Source of the DNA: Chrysomallon squamiferum
Taxonomy: Eukaryota; Animalia; Mollusca
Length of the DNA stretch: 64,000 nucleotides
Direction: 5' to 3'
NCBI GenBank assembly: GCA_012295275.1
Contig: CM022675.1
Span: 16,678,001-16,742,000, forward strand
This document shows positions 55,426 through 64,000 of this stretch, in pieces. The position numbers and the translations under genes were made by a program. A model generated the notes under the pieces. That model was not told where the DNA came from. It searched no databases and worked only from the letters and a program-made list of their open reading frames with translations. Every line of letters starts with the position of its first letter. Within the stretch, counting starts at the first letter, position 1.

Positions 55426-55484
<59 letters not shown>

Positions 55485-55911
55485 CATAATAATAATGACA
55501 CTGCAACATCAAGAACAATAAGTACAGTGTAATAACCACAGTAACAATGATGATGACGAGATTAGTGTTCCAAGCGACTTCTTTAATTAAAGAAAACGAG
55601 AAGAAAATAAGGACGAAGAAGAAAGGAAAGAATAAACACATACTGCAGTTATCTCCCTTCCAGTTTCCCGGGCATGTACAGTTGGTGCATTCGGCATTCA
55701 GCGTTCCGCCATTTTCACACGTCATAGCACAGTCTGTAGAACAAATTTTAAAACGTCAGTGTTTGGCATTTCAAAGTTAAATTCTAATTAACGCTTAACG
55801 ACTAACTAGTCACATTCTCGAAAAAAATAGCACCATTATTACGCAGCAATAAAATACTGATTTTAATTCTTGGCCATCTTGTGTTAGAGTACGTATATCG
55901 GTGTGTGTGTT

Positions 55912-55959
<48 letters not shown>

Positions 55960-56000
55960 AGATGTGGGTATAATAGTTTCAGGTGGAAGTCTATATCAAG

Positions 56001-56089
<89 letters not shown>

Positions 56090-56572
56090 TGATTGGTGTG
56101 TCATACCAAGGATAGTTTAAATGAGGCGTGTATTATTACTTATAATAAAATGTACGTATATTAACCGACAACTTTCATCAAATAGTTTTACAATTATAAT
56201 CATTTAAAAGTAAAAATAAAGGGTCTTTTAAAATTCCGACGTCAGATTAAAATGTTTTGGAAGATCCAAGGTTAATGTTATGTAATAATATTTGAACTTT
56301 GTACTTTGAAAGTTTAGATAGTTACATAAACATACATATATATATAAATTCAGTGAAAGGCTTCTTGCCGAAAAAAATAAGAAAAGAAAAACAATTCACA
56401 TTACCTGATATTGTATTTTCTGAAAAAAAGTTGAATAAAATCAAGTGAAATAGACATATAACACAAATAAATATACATTAACATTTTTTGTTGATCCTTT
56501 GCATTTTGTCAAATGTTTTTTCCAATAAAGACTGAATTAGTTAATGTTGATAGAAACGGTTATTAGTAGTAA

Positions 56573-56667
<95 letters not shown>

Positions 56668-59124
56668 TAACCGCACTGTATTCCTGCATACGGCTTTGGA
56701 CAATGACAAATGCATCTTACTCCACTCTTGTCAGCCACGTGATGAAGATAACCGCCATGTTGACACGTCAACGAACAATTGTCTGAATTAATTGAAAATA
56801 ACAAATTAATTTAAAAACAAAAAAACAACAACAACAACAAAACAAAACAAAACAACGAATCCCTTACAAGACTGAGTCATGGCAAGTGAAATTGGAAAAA
56901 GACATCAGTATTAAAATGCTGTTAATAGACAGCCTAAACCATTCTTCTCTTGTTCCAAGTGACTTCTTCAAATAAGAAACTTTTATGACAAACACAAATG
57001 CGATTCTTATACTATTATAACAGCAGCGACAACAGTAACAACAGAACAAATGTAATCAGCTGCTTACTTGGACACACATTGCACGTTGTAGGACAGAATT
57101 GAGCATCATAACTGAAGCCCATCCTGGCACATACATCCTCAGAACAAAATGCTGGGTCTTTCGGAACCTGGGGACAAACCACTGTAAGAAAAACAAATGT
57201 CATCATATTAATGAATGAGAGTTTAACGAAATCTGAAATTCTTTTTTCATAATGTTTTCACGTATTTGTTAAATGTTAATCGATGAACGTTTGACAAAAG
57301 ATCAACCTATTTTTCAAATGTTTTACACAGTGTTAATAAATCTGAACCCATTTTTCATAATGCTTTCACTTATTTACTTTGTTAATTTATATATGTATAT
57401 ATCACACTCCCTCATTTAGCTTATATTACTCACACTTTTCGCATTTTTCGCCCGTGGTCATAGTCAAACCGTAATTTGTTTTACATTTGCAAGTACAAGT
57501 TTTCAGATCCACGTCTCCATCATTGAAACACGTCAGTCCTCCGCAGTCTGAATAATAACGTTGAAACACGTCATTCAGCTAATGTCGTTTTAATAACATA
57601 AAAACATGTAATTCTACTGCTGTAGATGCACAACACACCAGTCTATTTCAGAGGATGCAGTAACGTCAAAACACTTCAGTGTATCACATCTCAGAAAAGT
57701 CAAAACAAATGAGAGTGTACTGCAGGGGATGCAATAACACTTATATTTATAACATATAATTCTCAGGTCATTGTCATTTCAGTGTATAAATACATTAAAT
57801 ACTTATATTCATATCACGGTAATTCTCAAGATAGACAGCTCTAACTAACAACAGAAATTCCTAAAGTTACTATAATTTCCATTTTTAATTTCTCTGTATG
57901 TTTATAACGATACATTCTTAAAGTTAATGTGTCATTATTTCAGTTCTTGCTATTTTTATATCGAAACATTTAATAGTAAAACATGCTATCATTTCAGCGC
58001 ATGATTTGACTGAATATTGTAACATACCACAGAGTGAAGTAAAGTTTCCGTCTTTAACACCACACTCTTCACAGTTTAAACCAGAAGCACAGTATGGCTT
58101 GCCGAACTGGGTAATAGGTACCCTTGAAAACAAAAAAAAAAAATACGTAGATAAATAAAAACATAAAAGACAGAAAGACAAATACTGCAAGGGAAATAGT
58201 AACCTTCAACATTTCAGTGCTCTAAGATGAAAACATCCAGCCAGATATGATTATCATTTTATCAATAGTTACTTGGCAATTATAGCTTCAAATAAATATA
58301 TATATATATAACAATTGATGATGATGATGATGATGATGATGATATTATTATTACAATGATTATTATCACCATCACCATTACTATTAGGCCTACTGTTATT
58401 ATATCTATATTACTTTAATTTAATCTAATTATTATGAACTTACCCATAAGCATAATAACAAACAGCTGAGAATTTTCCGTCCGCACTACTAATTATTCCT
58501 GTCTCAGTGCAGTTAGCAATGCCGCACCCAAATCTTGAACTCTTGTGATATACCATCTGAAAGTCACAAAATATTAGTGATATACCATCTGAAAATCACA
58601 AAATATTAATGATATACCATCTGAAACTCACAAAATATTAGTGATATACCATCTGAAAGTCACAAAATATTGGTGATATACCATCTGACAGTCACAAAAT
58701 ATTGGTGATATACCATCTGACAGTTACAAAATATTAGTGATATACCATCTGACAGTCACAAACTATTGGTGATATACCATCTGACAGTCACAAAATATTG
58801 GTGATATACCATCTGAAAATCACAAAATATTAATGATATACCATCTGAAAGTCACAAAATATTAGTGATATACCATCTGAAAGTCACAAAATATTGGTGA
58901 TATACCATCTGACAGTTACAAAATATTAGTGATATACCATCTGACAGTCACAAAATATTGGTGATATACCATCTGACAGTCACAAAATATTGGTGATATA
59001 CCATCTGACAGTCACAAAATATTGGTGATATACCATCTGACAGTCACAAAATATTGGTGATATACCATCTGACAGTCACAAAATATTAGCTTAGTATTCA
59101 TATATTTATGAGATAAAGATGAGT

Positions 59125-59188
<64 letters not shown>

Positions 59189-60468
59189 AAGTATCAAACT
59201 GACAGAGTGACAGTAGCAGCTAAAGCAAGGATAAATACAGGCATTTTAAACGTAGTCATTTAAATTTGATTACAACGTGTAGAAATAATAAACGAATTAC
59301 ATGACGATTATCTCTAAAGTTTACCTGTGAATAACTGGGAAATCCAAAGAAGTTATTGATTGCGTCTCCGTACACCAGGTACTTCTTCTCATACGCCCAC
59401 TCCTCGATTGGTTTACTCATGTTTGTCATAGCGTCACGTGACGAGAAAACGTTAATCCCAATATTAACACCTGCCAAACCTGAAATTATTTAACTAGTGA
59501 AGTGTTTCTGTTGTTAGAGAACTAACTATAACATCGTCACATGTTCTTATCTTACTTCAAATAGTCTAATCAGAAAAGGATTGTATGCATGTATGTATCT
59601 ATGTATGTATGTATGTATGTATAATGTATATATACATATATATGTATGTATGTGTGTATGTATGTATGTATGTATGCATGAATTTATGTATGAATGTATA
59701 TATGTATGTATGTGTATGCATAATTCCTGAAAATTTCAGAAAGTATGTGTAATATCTGATTCGTTCAGGAAACTGGTAAGACAATGGCTGCCAGTAGACT
59801 ATCCTCGGACTGTTCTCGGTGGAGAATTTAAAGATGGAGGCTAAATGATGACAGGTCAGTGCAAACATCAGAACCAAACTGTGCGCAGATTGGGAACATT
59901 TAATTCCTCTGTGAAACCTGGATTTCTGAAACTGAACAAATGTGAGTCCAAAGGTCCATTCAGTTGTACTGTTATATCCTAACAAAAAACCCAGCAAGTC
60001 CTTAATGTTACAGCTTTCTCTTTCTACGGACCCTTGTCTACTACGATTCCCTTGGACAATCACCTACTTTAAGTTCAGTGATTATACACATTTTCTCAAA
60101 TTTTCAAGAATATATATATATTTGTGTACGTGTCTGTTTGAGTGTGTGCGTGTTTGCGTGTAGTATATTTTAATTGTGGTGTACGTACTGAAAGCCATGC
60201 GACCAATGTCTTTTTGTTTTTGTTGTGTACAGAGTCGAGCGTGTTTCGCTGCCATTTCAGCCAGCTCGTCGTCCCAGACCTGAATCAGAGACACAGCAGT
60301 CAGATGTTGAGTTTTGCTAATCATTCATTTAATTTTAGTTTTTATTTAGACAGATAGGCAGATAGAAAGATAGATATAAAAAGTGAAGCAGCCACATATA
60401 AACAGACATATGATGCATGTAAATACATATACACTTATGGATATATACACATATATACAAGCATACAT

Positions 60469-60541
<73 letters not shown>

Positions 60542-61060
60542 GGTAAACACACATACATACATTAGACAAATGCATTCAAATTAATGTATTAATACATTCA
60601 AAGATACATACATAGATACTCACCTACTTACATACATATATGCATTCTAAAAATCTACAGGTTTTAATGTAACAGTGAGTAGTGATGTTCTAACCATTTT
60701 TTCCATGTTGTCTGCGGGCGGATCCACGGCGTTTCTGACTCTGTTGTGTTCGGATACAGCAGTTTCAACATCCTCAGCTGACATTTCAATGGTAACACCT
60801 CTGTCTTCTTTACACATCACGTGTTTCTTATCAAAATAACTGTATTTACACTGAAAGAAAAACAAGTAGATAGAAAATACTGATCTGTGAAACACGCGGA
60901 AAGTTTGAATATTATTTTTCAGTTATAATTTATTTACATTGATAGAAAAACAAGTATATAAAGAAAATACATTTATATTTAGAAATGAAGTATGCGTTTA
61001 CGCAAAAATTCGTACCTCATCTGTTTGCCCTCCTGTAAATAAATAAACAAATACTCATAA

Positions 61061-61091
<31 letters not shown>

Positions 61092-61140
61092 AAGAAACAT
61101 ACATATACACCCAGACCCCACCTACACACACACACACACA

Positions 61141-61177
<37 letters not shown>

Positions 61178-61664
61178 CAATTCTCTCTGGCTGGCTACTC
61201 CTTCTGAAAGAATGTAAATCGTTCACAAAACAAAAACACTATCACTATTTCTCTAGATCATTCAGCTCTTCAGCAACAGTTTTTCAGATTTAACAGCCGA
61301 CCCAAGAATATCATGTGTACATACTTGTCCTTGGGTAATCAGCTAAATCTGAAAAACTGTTCAAAGTCTAATATGACGTATAAATTTCCATTTCCATACA
61401 TACATACATACACACATACACAAACATACATATATACATACACATACATCTCTGATATATGCATGCATACATACATACACATACACATATATACATACAT
61501 ATACACACACACACACACACACACATACATATATATATATACCCACACACACATATATTTATATATTACACAATTGCATGTTTAGGAAAATTAATGTACT
61601 TACCATCTACACATAGAGATGTTTTCAAGACCAAACAAACGATAAAAACTTTGAAGACAATCAT
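53399..61664 (-). CDS. Gene A: secreted CRISP-like protein, signal peptide + CAP/SCP domain + EGF-like x5 + ShKT-like x3 (~531 aa, 15 exons)
   Basis: All junctions are GT-AG and phase-consistent. Exons: 61664-61604 (MIVFKVFIVCLVLKTSLCVD), 61032-61016 (GGQTDE), 60850-60695 (CKYSYFDKKHVMC...SEHNRVRNAVDPPADNMEKM), 60279-60189 (VWDDELAEMAAKHARLC...), 59479-59325 (...IGINVF...IEEWAYEKK...FPSYSQ), 58556-58444 (MVYHKSSRFGCGIANC...AVCYYAYG), 58122-58028 (PYCASGLNCEEC...SLC), 57547-57434 (EGF-like DCGGLTCFNDG...CTCKC), 57181-57068 (ShKT-like ...CPTTCNVC), 56782-56672, 55733-55644, 55403-55311, 54830-54732 (EGF-like, e.g. CENGG, CQNGG), 54250-54140 (...CRQWCGLC), 53574-53399 (CRDRSLFFC...CKAFCKC). HNxxR, WDxxLAxxA, GCG and VCxY are CAP hallmarks. 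The last exon may instead end at a donor at 53452/53451. Confidence 0.9.
53670..54131. repeat. 32-bp minisatellite filling most of gene A intron 14
   Basis: Unit TACAACTCTGTTTTAATATACATTTTAATTT(A/G), degenerating toward the donor. Confidence 0.9.
58545..59089 (-). repeat. 32-bp tandem array made of the gene A exon 6 splice acceptor plus first 12 exon nt, 17 copies
   Basis: Sense unit (T/C)AATATTTTGTGACT(T/G)TCAG^ATGGTATATCAC; the last copy in the direction of transcription is the functional acceptor. Confidence 0.95.
59723..60111. mobile_element. MITE-like insertion in gene A intron 4
   Basis: Imperfect terminal inverted repeats of about 33 bp (ATTCCTGAAAATTTCAGAAAGTATGTGTAAT / ATTATACACATTTTCTCAAATTTTCAAGAAT) around a more GC-rich core. 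TSD not clean. Confidence 0.5.
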
Positions 61665-61706
61665 TTTTACTAGAGTTCTCTAGTCTCTGATGACTAATCA
61701 GAAAAG

Positions 61707-61721
61707 TTTCCTTTATTTATA
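61707..61721 (-). promoter_or_regulatory. TATA box of gene A
   Basis: TATAAATAAAGGAAA about 45 nt upstream of the ATG; the identical 15-mer precedes all five paralogues. Confidence 0.75.
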
Positions 61722-62377
61722 TTCTCAGGACGTTTTAAACAATTTGAAAGTCACGTTTACAAGTTGTTCAAGCATAGCAGAAGATGTAAGTCTTTTGTAA
61801 ATTGTTCAGTTTAATTGCTTAAATTATTCCGAAAAGAGGAAGTTCATCGAGATAAAAAATACATTAAATTACTCTTCTCTTGTAAATGTACTAATCATTT
61901 AAAGTATACCTCGGGTCATGCTGTTAAATGGTTCTATTTACTTTAGACAATAATAAAACTAAATAAATAAAGAGTAGTATTTTAAAAATTCATTTTAAAA
62001 GCTAGTTTTTATTTGATGGTAAACATTTTAAATTTTATAAATAAAGAATTTACCGTCTAAAAATCTTCACACACACAAACACGCACACGCACACGCACAC
62101 GCACACACACACACAAACAAACACATAACTGCATTTTTTTTTTTTAAATAAAATGTTTACAAGGAAACAGTTAGATCTAGCCACAAAGGCACCATAGATT
62201 TAGAAAAGTTTTCAAAAATGTTAACTATATTATATAATACCTCCTTTCCCCAGAAAAAAAATAGCGTACCTTCATTTCCATTAATAAAGTAAACTTATAG
62301 TATTTTGTTTCCATGAAGAAGGTAAGAATATAGTTTCTTCATTTCGTTAAAGAAAGAAAGAATATAATATTTTGTTT

Positions 62378-63126
62378 CCATAATGAAAGTAAAAATATAG
62401 TACTTCATTACCATAATGAAAGTAAAAATATAGTACCTTCATTACCATAATGAAAGTAAAAATATAGTACCTTCATTACCATAATGAAAGTAAAAATATA
62501 GTACTTCATTACCATGATGAAAGTAGAAATATAGTACCTTCATTACCATGATGAAAGTAAAAATATAGTACTTCATTACCATGATGAAAGTAGAAATATA
62601 GTACCTTCATTACCATGATGAAAGTAGAAATATAGTACCTTCATTACCATGATGAAAGTAGAAATATAGTACTTCATTACCATGATGAAAGTAAAAATAT
62701 AGTACTTCATTACCATGATGAAAGTAGAAATATAGTACCTTCATTACCATGATGAAAGTAGAAATATAGTACCTTCATTACCATGATGAAAGTAGAAATA
62801 TAGTACTTCATTACCATGATGAAAGTAAAAATATAGTACTTCATTACCATGATGAAAGTAGAAATATAGTACCTTCATTACCATAATGAAAGTAAAAATA
62901 TAGTACCTTCATTACCATGATGAAAGTAAAAATATAGTACCTTCATTACCATGATGAAAGTAGAAATATAGTACCTTCATTACCATGATGAAAGTAGAAA
63001 TATAGTACCTTCATTACCATAATGAAAGTAAAAATATAGTACTTCATTACCATAATGAAAGTAAAAATATAGTACCTTCATTACCATAATGAAAGTAAAA
63101 ATATAGTACTTCATTACCATAATGAA
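62378..63126. repeat. Minisatellite, 33/34-bp unit, ~22 copies, ~650 bp upstream of gene A TATA
   Basis: Unit CCAT(A/G)ATGAAAGTA(A/G)AAATATAGTAC(C)TTCATTA. Confidence 0.95.
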
Positions 63127-63580
63127 TATATTTTTTTAACTGACAACGGTAGAAGTACTCGTATCTCAACTTGTAGAAAAAGTGTATAATGTACTTATAG
63201 TCAAAATTATTCATATATTTAAGTCAAAGTATTCATATATCTAAGTCAAAGTATTCATATATCTAAGTCCATGTATACCTTATGTCTAACTAAATGTATA
63301 ACTTATGCGTGACTGAAATTTATAACTTATGTCTGACTAAAAACTTTATCTTCTGTATGAGTGAAAAGTATACCGCATGTCTGAGCAAAAAGCAGACTGT
63401 ACATCGGAGTCAAAGGACATCAAAGACCTGAATCAAAATAACGCGGAGCTCCTGATTAGAAAACAACAAAAAAAATAGTAAAAAATCCTAGGGTTAGCTT
63501 AAGAAAAAAATATTTAAAAATTCGAGAAAGCCCTTAAGAATAAACAGTAATATAACAGAAACAACAACAACAACAACAAC

Positions 63581-63661
<81 letters not shown>

Positions 63662-64000
63662 ACAAGAAAAGAAACAAGGCATATACTTGTGTAAAAAGAA
63701 AGTAAAAATGTAATATCTTGGTTTCCAGAAATAAACTAAGAATATAGTAATGAAAAAGATGTGTGCGTGTTTGACATGAAAAACGTTAAAACTCGAGTCA
63801 TATACGAACATCATAGAGTACTTTACTTCGCGTCTTGTCGCCTCTTGGTTTTGCAAAACAAACAAATTTAAAATATTTGACTCTTTGCTTTACATTAGGT
63901 ATTTTATTGCATAGTCCAACAGGCGACATTATAATGACCAAGACATCCTGCTGAATAATACTAAGTTCGTGTCAAAGCTAAGTCCTTTCTTCTTTAAAAC

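Noticed and set aside
59599-60063. 154-aa minus-strand ORF inside gene A
   Set aside because: Lies within the MITE-like insertion and (TATG)n tract of intron 4; the CAP exons on either side join in frame without it.
53399-61664. Assigning a gene symbol (CRISP, GLIPR1, PI16, Tex31) to gene A
   Set aside because: Family membership is clear but orthology cannot be established from sequence inspection alone.

Overview
AT-rich, microsatellite- and minisatellite-rich animal genomic DNA, probably molluscan (inferred from composition, gene type and a repeat I recall from gastropods). It is not prokaryotic, and almost all of the supplied ORF track is low-complexity noise. Reading splice sites by hand reveals five related spliced genes for secreted cysteine-rich proteins. 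Gene A (minus, 61664-53399, 15 exons, about 531 aa) is CRISP-like: signal peptide, CAP/SCP domain with degenerate active-site residues, five EGF-like modules and three ShKT-like modules. Four CAP-less mini-genes share its exact TATA element (TATAAATAAAGGAAA) and a homologous phase-1 signal-peptide exon, joined directly to homologues of its 3' exons. They are B (+, SP-EGF-EGF-ShKT-ShKT), D (+, SP-partial EGF-ShKT-ShKT), E (-, SP-EGF C-loop-ShKT-ShKT) and C (-, truncated inverted copy of D). Other notable structure: two tandem arrays built from real splice sites (17 acceptor copies in A, about 11 donor copies in B), a 17-nt microexon, nested inverted and direct duplications, a GC-rich hairpin upstream of B, a degenerate LINE, two MITE-like elements and an orphan coding-like exon near 7 kb. 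Exon coordinates were read manually. The 3' ends of A, B and E are ambiguous.
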